A DNA stretch of 64,000 nucleotides from an uncultured cyanobacterium. GTDB lineage: Bacteria > Cyanobacteriota > Cyanobacteriia > Cyanobacteriales > Cyanobacteriaceae. The stretch spans positions 416,001 through 480,000 of the forward strand of contig CAVVOP010000022.1 of the NCBI GenBank assembly GCA_963749915.1. The letters are read 5' to 3'. The translations under genes were made by a program, and so were the position numbers. The notes beneath the pieces were generated by a model. The model made no database searches and was not told the DNA's origin. It worked only from the letters and a program-made list of their open reading frames with translations. This document shows positions 20,505 to 30,729 of this stretch, in pieces (position 1 is the first letter of the stretch; each line of letters begins with the position of its first letter).

Positions 20505-20540
20505 AATTGTTTCCCTAACTAACTAAGTGTTTTTATCCAT

Positions 20541-20577
20541 TATAGGGGGATATTTGTAAATTTATAGGGGGATATTT
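20541..20577. promoter_or_regulatory. Direct repeat TATAGGGGGATATTT x2 (22-bp period) upstream of the chelatase gene
   Basis: Copies at 20541-20555 and 20563-20577; the regulatory role is inferred. Confidence 0.45.
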
Positions 20578-20734
20578 TTAAATAATGAATTAATGAAAAA
20601 AAGAGGAGAAAAGGAAGACATCAGGTATGTATAAATGGGGAAGAATGGATAAATAATTTAAACGAAGAGAGGGAAAAAACCATTTCCATCCAAGTCAGCC
20701 GCCTAGAAACTTGACCTAGTAAATCATACGTAAG

Positions 20735-20865
20735 TAGGGCTTGCTGAATAAAATACTAAAATTTTCATCTGTAATAAGAATTTGACACTAACATAAGCTC
20801 TACTTGTTTTTTCTTTAATCTTTCATAGATTGAATAAAGGTTTAAATTTTTATCGGCAAGCCCTA
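20735..20865. mobile_element. MITE, ~131 bp, TIR TAGGGCTTGC(T/C)GA, TA ends
   Basis: TAGGGCTTGCTGAATAAAA ... TTTTATCGGCAAGCCCTA; solo ends at 19063, 41021 and 47180-47195. Confidence 0.8.
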
Positions 20866-21125
20866 ATTATATTTACTAGTATTTAAAATATGTATAACTT
20901 GTTTCAAAAAAGCCCTGATTATAAAGTTTTCGTAAAGCTTTTATATAAAGATTATGTGAAATGTTCGCATTTATAATGATTATGTAAAATGCAAAAAAAA
21001 AACAGTTATTTTCAAAAAAACTGTTTATACTTAAATAAATAAACGGTCTTTACTTAAATAAATAGGTTTAAGTGCGCAAGATAATTTATTAGAAAAAAAG
21101 TGAATGCCAGAGGTGTCTAGCATAT

Positions 21126-22356
21126 ATGAATAATCAATCTTTAATCCCTGTAAAATACCTGCTCAATTCTCCCATTACCTCCTTGCCCTTTGAGGAACAG
21201 ATTTTCTTAATCTTAAAATGGGCAAGAATGCGTCTGAGTAAAACCGTTTGTCTAGCAAATGTTCACATGGTGATGGAATCCTACTGGCATCAAGAATTTG
21301 CTAAAGTCCTGGAAGCCGCCGATATAGTTGCCCCAGATGGGATGCCTTTGGTTTGGATGCTCAAAAAAATGGGAGTGTATAGCCAAGATCGTGTTGCAGG
21401 TATGGATGTCTTTCTGCGTTTATGCCATCTCAGTGCCCTTTCTCAAATCAGTGTTTTTTTTGTAGGATCTGAAAGAGAAGTTCTCGAACAGATGAGGAAA
21501 AGATTAGAGGCTGAATTTCCTCATTTGCAGATTGCTGGCATGGAACCTTTGCCTTTTCGTCCAACGACTCCTGCCGAAGAAGAAAACTTGATCAACCAGA
21601 TTAACAGCAGTGGTGCTGGGTTAGTTTTTGTGTGTTTGGGATGTCCGAAACAGGAATACTGGATGGCTAAGCACCAAAATAAAATCCAATCAGTTATGCT
21701 TGGTATAGGAGCCGTTTTTTCTATATATGCTGGCATTCAAAAGAGAGCTCCTCGCCTCATTAGGAATATAGGTTTGGAATGGTTATACCGTTTAATGCAA
21801 GAACCTTTCAGACTCTGGAATCGTTACAGTCAGACGATTCCGCCTTTTATCTGGTTAGCCTTACGACAACTCAAAAGAAGGCAAGTCAAACCTCCCTATA
21901 CAAAGGAATTAGCCCTCGCCTTCAATCCTATTCTTGAAGATCATTCTCTTGACAGTGATACGTTTGATTGCTTCCCGGAGAATTTCAAACCATCGAAAAT
22001 TGGTGAAATTTTGCTAAGGCAAAATTTGGTATCTGAAACTTCTTTGTCCATAGCCCTAGAAAAACAGCATATTAAAAATGAAAAATTAGGTGAAATTTTA
22101 GTGAATCAAGAGGATATTTCTCAAGCTGAACTCGAATACCATCTGAAAAATCAAAGAATAAAGTTGGGCGAGCTTTTAGTTGAGAAGAAGAATCGTTTCT
22201 CAATCCCAATTAAACCGATGGCTAAAGATTCAAAAATCGGTTAACAAGAAGTTGGGAGAGATTATAGTTGAACAAAAAATTCTTTCCCATGAGCAGCTCA
22301 AGCAGTTTTTGATTGAGCAATATTGTCGCAAACAAGGTCTGTGGCTAACAATATAA
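21126..22356 (+). CDS. WecB/TagA/CpsF glycosyltransferase fused to MshEN-like repeats; +1 frameshift at ~22191 (ORF as read ends at 22244)
   Basis: PDGMP, RVAGMD, LGCPKQE and GLEWLYRL motifs; KIGEILL/KLGEILV/KLGELLV repeats; the shifted frame continues IVSQSQL...KKLGEIIVEQKILSHEQL...WLTI*. Confidence 0.85.
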
Positions 22357-22458
22357 TTAATTGGGGTTTGGTGAACTACCTACAATGTAATCTCTGATTG
22401 AGTGTAGGTAGTTCACTTTATCATAACAACTGTGGAAGAACCTATATTTTAACTTACC

Positions 22459-24228
22459 TTACATTCCTGTTTGCACCCGCCATAAACTTTCATAAATACC
22501 TTGTTGTGCCACTAATTTTTCATGTGTGCCTTGTTCAACAATTTTTCCTTTTTCTAACACGTATACACAATCCGCGTGACGAATGGTAGAAAGACGGTGA
22601 GCTATCATAATAGTTGTACGGTTTTCTGTAATATGTTTTAAAGATCTGGCGATCGCCGCTTCCGTTTCATTATCCACCGCTGAAGTTGCCTCGTCGAGAA
22701 TAAGAATAGGAGGATTTTTAAGAATTGCCCTTGCAATAGAAAGCCTTTGCCGTTGCCCCCCAGAAAGTTTTTGCCCTCTTTCGCCGACAATGGTATCATA
22801 ACCTTGGGGCAACTCAACGATAAATTCGTGGGCTTCTGCCATTTGAGCCGCGTTAATAATATCTTCATCTCTGGCGTTAGGGCTACCATAGGCAATATTC
22901 TCCCTCACACTGCCATGAAACAAAAACACATCTTGACTCACTAAACCAATGGCACGGCGTAAATCATATAAAACAATATCTTTAAGGTTGATACCATCAA
23001 GGATGATATTGCCCGATTGAATTTCGTAAAAACGCAATAATAACTTAACTATAGTACTTTTTCCCGAACCTGTCGAACCCACAATTGCAATGGTAGAAGT
23101 GGCAGGAATCGTCAAGTTAAAATTTTTGATGACTGGTTCTCTTTCGTGGTAGGCAAAGGTTATATTATTAAATTGGATTTCGCCTTTGACAGAGTTGATA
23201 GGTAAGGGTAAATCTCCAGAATGAATCGTCATGGGAGTGTCTAAAACATTCATCACCCTTGAAGTGGAAGCCATTGCCCGTTGATATAAGTCGAGGGTTT
23301 GCCCTAAACGAGTCAAGGGCCAAAGTAACCGTTGTGTCATGAAAACCAAAACACTGTAAGTACCAACAGTTAAGTTCCCTTTTTCGACTTCTAAGCCACC
23401 GAAAAGTAAAATGCTCGTGAATCCTGCCAAAATAATAAACCGAATTAATGGTACAAAGGCGGCACTCAATATAATCGCTTTTTGATTACTTTGTAAGTAC
23501 GCTTCACTATCTTTTCTTACCCGTTCAATTTCATATTGTTCCGTGGTAAAACTTTTAATAGTCGTGATACCCGACAAATTATTAGCTAAACGACTATTAA
23601 GCAGACTTACTTTTTCTCTGACTGCCATGTAACGAGGGGCTAAAAATTTTTGAAAAGTAACGGCACCCCAGATGATAACGGGAATAGGAATAATAGTCAT
23701 CCATGCGGTGTTAGGGGTTAAGAAGAAAAAAGCAGCACTAATCACCACCACAGTGGTTAAAACCTGTAAAATTTCATTAGCACCAACATCCAAAAACCTC
23801 TCTAATTGATTAATGTCATCATTAAGAATCGCTAAAAGTCCCCCAGTGCTATTATTCTCAAAATACTCTAACTCTAAATTCTGAATATGACCATAAGCAT
23901 CAAGCCGTAAATCATGTTGAATATTTTGGGCAAGAGTACGCCATAAACGCTCATATGCGTACTCAAAAACTGATTCTAAAGTCCAAATAAGTACCGATAA
24001 TAAGGTTAAAACCACTAATTGATGAAAAACATCCTTTACCCCGAAATGAGCAATGAAAGAGTCTTCCCGTTGGACTACTACATCCACCGCCGCCCCAATC
24101 AATACCGGTGGTGCTAAATCAAATAACTTATTTAAAACTGAACAAGTTACAGCCTGATAAATTGTAGTTTGATATTTATGAGAATATTTGAGTAAACGGG
24201 ATAGAGGATGAGCACTGGAATTATTCAT
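22459..24228 (-). CDS. ABC transporter, fused permease/ATPase (MsbA-like exporter)
   Basis: [17 protein letters not shown] and LILDEATS motifs. Confidence 0.93.
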   Translation of the reverse strand: MNNSSAHPLSRLLKYSHKYQTTIYQAVTCSVLNKLFDLAPPVLIGAAVDVVVQREDSFIAHFGVKDVFHQLVVLTLLSVLIWTLESVFEYAYERLWRTLAQNIQHDLRLDAYGHIQNLELEYFENNSTGGLLAILNDDINQLERFLDVGANEILQVLTTVVVISAAFFFLTPNTAWMTIIPIPVIIWGAVTFQKFLAPRYMAVREKVSLLNSRLANNLSGITTIKSFTTEQYEIERVRKDSEAYLQSNQKAIILSAAFVPLIRFIILAGFTSILLFGGLEVEKGNLTVGTYSVLVFMTQRLLWPLTRLGQTLDLYQRAMASTSRVMNVLDTPMTIHSGDLPLPINSVKGEIQFNNITFAYHEREPVIKNFNLTIPATSTIAIVGSTGSGKSTIVKLLLRFYEIQSGNIILDGINLKDIVLYDLRRAIGLVSQDVFLFHGSVRENIAYGSPNARDEDIINAAQMAEAHEFIVELPQGYDTIVGERGQKLSGGQRQRLSIARAILKNPPILILDEATSAVDNETEAAIARSLKHITENRTTIMIAHRLSTIRHADCVYVLEKGKIVEQGTHEKLVAQQGIYESLWRVQTGM

Positions 24229-24262
24229 TTTACCGCTAGGATTAGTTGGTAGGGAAGGATCT

Positions 24263-24387
24263 CACTAGTGAGAAAATGCGTAAATGAAACAGGGGTTTAA
24301 AATTCGTATAAGTACTGATAAGTACTGAAAATAAACGGTTTTTCATTCCGCATTCTGCATTCTTAATTCTGCATTCAACCACTAGTG
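24263..24387. mobile_element. Small element bounded by CACTAGTG with internal inverted repeats; partial copy at 47134-47178
   Basis: ATGCGTAAATGAAAC ... TTTCATTCCGCAT; shared tgcg.aaatgaaacaggg.tttaaaattc at both loci. Confidence 0.6.
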
Positions 24388-24395
24388 TAGATTAT

Positions 24396-24737
24396 TTACT
24401 TATCAAAAAATTGGCTCAAGAAACCAGATACAATAGATACAAGAATTGAGCCAAAAAGTGCGTCAAAAAAACCTTTAACTTCAAATCCAGGAGTAAAATA
24501 GGCTACTAACCAAAAACAAAGGGCGTTAACCACGAATAAGAATAAACCAAGACTGAGAATTGTCGCGGGAAGAGTGAATAAAATTAAAATTGGTTTGACA
24601 ATCCCATTTACTATCCCAAAAACAAACGCCCCTACCAAGGCAGCAGAAGTGCTACTGATAACGATCCCCGGAATAATATAGGCAGTAACAACCATAGAGA
24701 TTGCCGTAACTATTAAAGTTATAATAAATTCTGTCAT
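24396..24737 (-). CDS. Phage holin-family (YvlD-like) membrane protein
   Basis: GIVNGIVKPIL..FTLP.TILSLGLF motif. Confidence 0.88.
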   Translation of the reverse strand: MTEFIITLIVTAISMVVTAYIIPGIVISSTSAALVGAFVFGIVNGIVKPILILFTLPATILSLGLFLFVVNALCFWLVAYFTPGFEVKGFFDALFGSILVSIVSGFLSQFFDK

Positions 24738-24843
24738 AACTATATTTTTTCCTAAAACTAGAAGTTATAGTTATTAAATTAGCAGAAATCAGATTTAAGT
24801 GAGTAACAAAAGAAATAAAATCCTTAGGGAAATAGAAAAAGAA

Positions 24844-25740
24844 TCATTGGCTTATATAGCTTTGATATGTATTTTGTAGCAACATCGCCACTGTCATAGG
24901 TCCTACCCCTCCAGGTACGGGAGTAATATAACTAGCAATTTCTTTGACTTCATTATAAGCAACATCTCCCACTAAACGTCCTTTTCCATCCAACCTTTGA
25001 AGGCGATTAATGCCCACGTCAATGACGACCGCGTTGGGTTTGACCATGTCGGCGGTGATCACTTCCGGTTTTCCGACGGCGGCGATTAATATATCCGCTT
25101 CCCTAGTTACATCCCCTAAGTTAGTAGTTTTTGAATGGGAGATCGTTACGGTGGCATTTTCCTCTAATAACATTAAGGCTAGGGGTTTTCCCACTAAGAT
25201 GCTTCTACCGACAACCACAGCTCTTTTTCCAGTTAATCCGATATTATATTCTTTGAATATCTCCATGACTCCAGTGGGGGTACAACTTCTTAACCCCTTT
25301 TCCCCTCTGACCAATTTGCCTAGGTTGTTAGGGTGAAGTCCATCGGCGTCTTTTTCGGGGATGATTTTATGTAACAAAGCAACGGAATCGAAATGATCAG
25401 GTAATGGTAATTGTACTAAAATGCCGTCAACTTTGGGATCATGGTTTAATTCCTCGATGACGGCTTCTAATTCCCGCTGGCTAATATTAGCGGGAAAATG
25501 TTTCCCAAAGGATGCCATGCCGATTTTTTGACAAGACTTTTCTTTATTTTTAACATAAACCTCACTGGCAGGATTATCTCCTACCATTAACACAGCTAAT
25601 CCGGGGGGTCTTTTTTTTTCGGTAATTTTTTCTTGAATAGCGACTTGCAAATGAGATTGAATTTTTTTTGCTAAATTTTTACCGTCTAAAATCTTAGCTA
25701 CCATGTTACTATTAATTATCAAAAATAAAATTTGACACAT
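24844..25740 (-). CDS. folD: Bifunctional methylenetetrahydrofolate dehydrogenase/cyclohydrolase (likely start ~25704)
   Basis: [21 protein letters not shown] and [11 protein letters not shown] motifs. Confidence 0.96.
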   Translation of the reverse strand: MCQILFLIINSNMVAKILDGKNLAKKIQSHLQVAIQEKITEKKRPPGLAVLMVGDNPASEVYVKNKEKSCQKIGMASFGKHFPANISQRELEAVIEELNHDPKVDGILVQLPLPDHFDSVALLHKIIPEKDADGLHPNNLGKLVRGEKGLRSCTPTGVMEIFKEYNIGLTGKRAVVVGRSILVGKPLALMLLEENATVTISHSKTTNLGDVTREADILIAAVGKPEVITADMVKPNAVVIDVGINRLQRLDGKGRLVGDVAYNEVKEIASYITPVPGGVGPMTVAMLLQNTYQSYISQ

Positions 25741-25798
25741 ACTTCAAACGATTATAAAAGCAAGTAGTAAGAAAATTTTCTTTATTCAATTAATTTTT

Positions 25799-26188
25799 AT
25801 GAAGTTAGCACTCAAGTCTCTTAGTTTACTTTCACTGTCTTTTTTTTTTGTAATTACTGGTTGTAGCAATTTAATTAAGTTTGGCTTGGCTTCCCCGAAA
25901 TTTATCGAGATTGGTGAGGTTAAAAATCAAAATTATTCGGGTAAAATTATCAAGGTGGAAGGTACTGTACAAAAAGTTATACCTCTACTTGATCTCAAGG
26001 GATTTGAAATTAAAGATCAAACAGACTCTATTTGGGTTGTGACCCAAGATAATATTCCCAGGGTTGGCGATCGCATTTCCATAGGGGGAAAATTAAAATA
26101 TAAAGAGATTGTCATTGGCGAGGAAAAATTTAACGAGTTTTACTTAGATAGTATAGAATCAGCATCCAGTGACAATATCCCAGATTAA
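25799..26188 (+). CDS. OB-fold lipoprotein, hypothetical
   Basis: ITGC lipobox; V.G.V and D.TDSIWV pattern. Confidence 0.6.
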   Translation: MKLALKSLSLLSLSFFFVITGCSNLIKFGLASPKFIEIGEVKNQNYSGKIIKVEGTVQKVIPLLDLKGFEIKDQTDSIWVVTQDNIPRVGDRISIGGKLKYKEIVIGEEKFNEFYLDSIESASSDNIPD

Positions 26189-26269
26189 AAGCATTACATC
26201 ATGACCGGATGATTTTTAAAAGAAACCCGTCCCCCACAATGGGGAAATCTGAACCCATCTGTAGATTAT

Positions 26270-26311
26270 GTATTAATAGCTACAAAATTAAAATAAATCT
26301 ATCCTTAGCAT
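26270..26311 (+). promoter_or_regulatory. NtcA-activated class II promoter of glnA
   Basis: GTA-TTAATAGC-TAC (26270-26283), a 22-nt spacer, then TAGCAT (TAN3T) at 26306-26311. Confidence 0.88.
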
Positions 26312-26363
26312 TAACAGTTTAAGCACCTAAATAAAGTAAGTAAACTTAAAGGAGAAATAGTTA

Positions 26364-27785
26364 ATGCCCGGAACTCCCCAAGAAGTCTTGAAAATGATTC
26401 AAGATAATAATATTAAAATTATCGACCTCAAATTTATCGATATGCCCGGTACTTGGCAACACTGTTCTTTCTATTATGACCAAATAGATGAGAATTCTTT
26501 TACCGAAGGTGTAGCCTTTGATGGTTCTAGTATTCGCGGTTGGAAAGCTATCAACGATTCGGATATGGCTATGGTTCCTGATCCTAGCACCGCATGGATC
26601 GATCCTTTCTATGCTGAACCCACTTTGAGCATGATTTGTCGTATTAAAGAACCTCGTACCGGTGAATGGTATTCAAGAGATCCTCGTAGTATTGCCGCCA
26701 AGGCAGTAGAATATTTAGCTTCCTGCGGTATAGGTGATACCGCCTATTTTGGTCCTGAAGCCGAATTTTTCATTTTTGATGACGTACGCTTCGATCAAAC
26801 TGAAAATAAAGGTTATTATTATGTCGATAGTATTGAAGGACGTTGGAATTCCGGGCAGTTAGAAGAAGGTGGGAACTTAGGTTATAAACCCGGTTACAAA
26901 CAAGGGTATTTTCCCGTCGCACCTATCGATACAATGCAGGACATACGTACGGAAATGTTATTAACCATGGAAAAATGTGGTGTACCCATCGAAAAACATC
27001 ACCATGAAGTAGCAACCGGTGGTCAAAATGAGTTAGGGATTAAATTCGCGACCCTAGTGGAGGCGGCAGACTATTTAATGACTTATAAATATGTCGTCAA
27101 AAACGTATCCAAAAAATACGGTAAAACCAGTACTTTCATGCCTAAGCCTTTATTTAATGATAATGGTTCCGGGATGCACACTCACCAATCTGTCTGGGAT
27201 AAGGGTGTACCTTTATTTGCGGGAGATAAATATGCTGGTTTAAGTCAAATAGCATTGTATTATATTGGTGGTATTATTAAACACGCTCCCGCCCTTTTAG
27301 CCTTAACTAATCCTACTACAAACTCTTACAAGCGTCTTGTACCGGGTTTTGAAGCTCCTGTAAACTTAGCTTACTCTCAAGGTAACCGTTCAGCTTCTAT
27401 TCGTATTCCCTTATCGGGTGCTAATCCCAAAGCAAAACGTTTAGAGTTTCGTTGTCCTGATGCCACCAGCAACCCTTATTTAGCATTTGCGGCGATGTTA
27501 TGTGCAGGCATTGACGGTATTAAGAGTAAAATCGATCCAGGGGAACCTCTTGATGTAGATATTTATGATCTGTCTCCTGAAGAATTAAGCAAAATCCCTT
27601 CCACTCCAGGATCATTAGAGGCCGCTTTAGAAGCCCTAGAAAAAGATCACGCATTCTTAACTGATACGGGTGTATTTACTGTCGATTTTATCGAAAACTG
27701 GATCGAGTACAAGCTAGATAACGAAGTTAACCCCATGCGCCTCCGTCCTCACCCTTATGAGTTCTCTCTATACTATGACGTTTAG
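26364..27785 (+). CDS. glnA: Glutamine synthetase type I
   Basis: FDGSSI, HHEVA, FMPKP...DNGSGMH and EFRCPD motifs. Confidence 0.98.
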   Translation: MPGTPQEVLKMIQDNNIKIIDLKFIDMPGTWQHCSFYYDQIDENSFTEGVAFDGSSIRGWKAINDSDMAMVPDPSTAWIDPFYAEPTLSMICRIKEPRTGEWYSRDPRSIAAKAVEYLASCGIGDTAYFGPEAEFFIFDDVRFDQTENKGYYYVDSIEGRWNSGQLEEGGNLGYKPGYKQGYFPVAPIDTMQDIRTEMLLTMEKCGVPIEKHHHEVATGGQNELGIKFATLVEAADYLMTYKYVVKNVSKKYGKTSTFMPKPLFNDNGSGMHTHQSVWDKGVPLFAGDKYAGLSQIALYYIGGIIKHAPALLALTNPTTNSYKRLVPGFEAPVNLAYSQGNRSASIRIPLSGANPKAKRLEFRCPDATSNPYLAFAAMLCAGIDGIKSKIDPGEPLDVDIYDLSPEELSKIPSTPGSLEAALEALEKDHAFLTDTGVFTVDFIENWIEYKLDNEVNPMRLRPHPYEFSLYYDV

Positions 27786-27844
27786 TCGGCTAGTTCGCAT
27801 CTAGGGTCAGGGAGGCACGCAAAAATAAAGTGCCAATTTAAAAG

Positions 27845-27878
27845 ATTATCTCCTATTACCAAAGTAATGGGAGATAAT
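27845..27878 (+). terminator. Hairpin after glnA
   Basis: ATTATCTCCTATTAC-CAAA-GTAATGGGAGATAAT. Confidence 0.65.
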
Positions 27879-27961
27879 ACTCTGTTGGCGATTATCTCTA
27901 CCACAATAACCTGCAATAATAAATTAGAATTTAGAATTAATCAACAATTAAATAATTTTTT

Positions 27962-28699
27962 ATGGTAGCTTCTTCCTCTGACTTAAAAATTCGTTTACAT
28001 CCCCTTATCAATCAATTGGCAGAAATCATTATTACGACCTGGCAAGAAAATCTCCCTTTATGTATCTATGAATTACCTGAAGGTTTAGGGTATGTAGAAG
28101 GAAAATTAGAGGGTGAAAAATTAACTATTCAAAACTATTGTTATCAGACAAGTCAATTTCGGAAAATGCATCTTGAATTGGCAAAAGTAGGTAATAATTT
28201 AGATATTCTTCACTGCGTCATTTTTCCTCATTGTCAATATCCTTTACCAATGTTTGGTTGTGATATTGTGGCGGGAAAGGCCGGTATTAGTGCCGCTATC
28301 GTTGACTTATCGCCGATTGATGAGCAAAAAATCTTATCTGCCGATTATGAACAACAATTATCGAATTTAGATGAGGCCATTTTCACTGATAAACGGGATT
28401 TACCAACTTGGGGTGATATTTTTTCCCCTTTTTGCCTATTTATTCGCCCGGCTAACAATGAAGAAGAAAAGTTATTTTTAAAAAGAGTAAAAGATTTTTT
28501 AACGATTCATTGTCAAATAGCAAATAAATCTAATCCTGTTTCTGATAATGAAAAATTAGTCTATTTTGAAGGACAAAAAAACTATTGTTTGCAGCAACAG
28601 AAAAATGATAAAACCCGCCGAGTTTTAGAGAAGGCTTTTGGGGTTGAATGGGCAGAAAATTATATGAATTCTGTTTTATTTGATTTACCATCCCTATAA
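27962..28699 (+). CDS. pcyA: Phycocyanobilin:ferredoxin oxidoreductase
   Basis: [22 protein letters not shown] and QNDKT-like [14 protein letters not shown] motifs. Confidence 0.96.
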   Translation: MVASSSDLKIRLHPLINQLAEIIITTWQENLPLCIYELPEGLGYVEGKLEGEKLTIQNYCYQTSQFRKMHLELAKVGNNLDILHCVIFPHCQYPLPMFGCDIVAGKAGISAAIVDLSPIDEQKILSADYEQQLSNLDEAIFTDKRDLPTWGDIFSPFCLFIRPANNEEEKLFLKRVKDFLTIHCQIANKSNPVSDNEKLVYFEGQKNYCLQQQKNDKTRRVLEKAFGVEWAENYMNSVLFDLPSL

Positions 28700-28767
28700 A
28701 GTGATTAATAATCAACAGTTGACGGTGAATATTATTTCCTAGTTATCTAGGTTATAAAAATAATTAT

Positions 28768-29403
28768 TTATTTTAGGGTGAAAATTGTGCGATAAACTTT
28801 TTGTCCCTTGTTTAGAGTGGCGATTTCCCTTTCAGTCATCACTTCTAAAGGGTTTTCTATTAACCAAATTTCTGGTTTTAAGGGTTTAAATTGAGGATTT
28901 TCCAAAAAGCGACGGCACATTTCTTCGGCTACTTCTTGAATGTCTGATTGTAAAAATACTTGTCCTTTTTTATTTAAAAATTGTGCTAAAATTTCTACAA
29001 TTTCTGGTTGGACAACTCTTCTTTTTTGATGCTTTTTCTTAAACCAAGGATCGGGAAATTGTATTGTTACTAACTCTAAACTATTCGGCGGTAAAGATCC
29101 TAATAATTCTGGTAAAAAATGATTAATATTTCCATATAAATAGTGGAGATTAGTTAAATTATATTCATCTTTAATTTCCTTGGCTTCGGTTACTAATGCT
29201 TCTCTTATTTCTATGCCTAAATAATTTCTTTGAGGATTTTTTTGTGCCATGTGTAACAAAAAACGCCCCCGCGCACAACCTAAATCGAGATGAAAAGGCA
29301 GAGATAGATTAGAATATACTTGACTCCAATCTGGTATAGAGATTGATTGTTGATACTTGTTACTTAGTGGGTTGACGTGTTGACGCACTCTAACTCTAAC
29401 CAA
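28768..29403 (-). CDS. trmB: tRNA (guanine-N7)-methyltransferase
   Basis: RVRQHVNP, DLGCARG and FPDPWFKKKH motifs. Confidence 0.95.
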   Translation of the reverse strand: MVRVRVRQHVNPLSNKYQQSISIPDWSQVYSNLSLPFHLDLGCARGRFLLHMAQKNPQRNYLGIEIREALVTEAKEIKDEYNLTNLHYLYGNINHFLPELLGSLPPNSLELVTIQFPDPWFKKKHQKRRVVQPEIVEILAQFLNKKGQVFLQSDIQEVAEEMCRRFLENPQFKPLKPEIWLIENPLEVMTEREIATLNKGQKVYRTIFTLK

Positions 29404-29449
29404 TATATTTATCCTCCTTATCTTTCTTATCTTTATCTTTGCTTATAGG

Positions 29450-30544
29450 TTGATTAGAATTATGAATGTACGTTTTGCCATCGCCAGTGATTTACATATA
29501 GCTTTACCTGAAACCATTGATTCTAATGCCAATCGTTTTCACTTAACCAAATTTAGCATACCAGCCTTAGAAGTCGTTTTACAACACTTAAACACCCTTG
29601 ACCTTGATTTTCTCTTGTTGCCGGGAGATTTAACCCAAGATGGCGAAAAAGTTAATCATCTTTGGTTGCAAGCAAAATTGGCCACTTTACCCTATCCTGT
29701 TTATGTGATTCCGGGTAATCATGATGTGCCTAGTTTAAAAGGAAATGACACTACCATAGCCTTTTCCGAATTTACCCATTATTACCAACAATTTGGCTAT
29801 GAAGACACCACAAATTTAGACTATACCTGTGAAATCGCCAAGGGATTACAATTAGTCGCCCTTAATTCCAATCAATTTAACTTGGAAGGAAAGCAGTTAG
29901 GCCGTCTGACAGAAAATCAGTTTATTTGGTTAGAAGAAACTCTCTCAAAACTCGGTGATAAACTAGTTTTCTTGATGATTCATCATAACGTAATCGAACA
30001 CCTACCCCAACAATCTGATCATATTTTAGGGCAACGATATATGTTAGATAATGCACCTGGTTTATTATCAATACTAGAAAAATATCAAATTAAATTTATT
30101 TTTACAGGACACTTACATATACAAGATATCGCTACTTATAACGGCATTTATGAAATTACCACTGGTTCATTAATTACCTATCCTCATCCCTACCGCATCT
30201 TGGAATTGAAAGATAATCAGTTAACCATCGAATCTCATCGTATCACCCAACTACCGGAAATGGAAAACTTAGCCTATTTTTCGCAAAAATGGACTAGCGA
30301 TCGCTCATTTCCCTTTATGATGAAGATACTAACATCACCGCCTCTAAACTTACCCTTGACAGAAGCTCAAAAATATGCACCACTATTAAAGCATTTTTGG
30401 GCAGATATTGCCCATGGTGATAAACTCTTCCACTTTCCCCAATTACCTGCTGATATTAATCAATATTTTCGGCAATTTGGTGCCATTGATAGCAACGGAC
30501 AACCAAGATTAATTGATAATAATACTAAAATAAACCTACACTAA
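29450..30544 (+). CDS. Calcineurin-like metallophosphoesterase
   Basis: SDLH, GDLT, GNHD, HH and GHLH motifs. Confidence 0.9.
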   Translation: MIRIMNVRFAIASDLHIALPETIDSNANRFHLTKFSIPALEVVLQHLNTLDLDFLLLPGDLTQDGEKVNHLWLQAKLATLPYPVYVIPGNHDVPSLKGNDTTIAFSEFTHYYQQFGYEDTTNLDYTCEIAKGLQLVALNSNQFNLEGKQLGRLTENQFIWLEETLSKLGDKLVFLMIHHNVIEHLPQQSDHILGQRYMLDNAPGLLSILEKYQIKFIFTGHLHIQDIATYNGIYEITTGSLITYPHPYRILELKDNQLTIESHRITQLPEMENLAYFSQKWTSDRSFPFMMKILTSPPLNLPLTEAQKYAPLLKHFWADIAHGDKLFHFPQLPADINQYFRQFGAIDSNGQPRLIDNNTKINLH

Positions 30545-30729
30545 TAATCACTTTTGCGTCAAGATTAAACAGCCAAAAATCAAAAAAATCTTAAGCTAAA
30601 AATCGATTCAATCTTTAGAAAAGATTACAGTTTTCCCAAAATGAGACAAATAAAGACATCATAGATAGTAGTAGGTATCCCTAAGTAGTTGAGCTAGAAA
30701 AACTAGCTGTCTCTTGAAAATTCTAATTA

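Noticed and set aside
24396..24737. Holin-family gene as evidence of a prophage
   Set aside because: YvlD-like genes are common chromosomal genes, and no phage genes are nearby.
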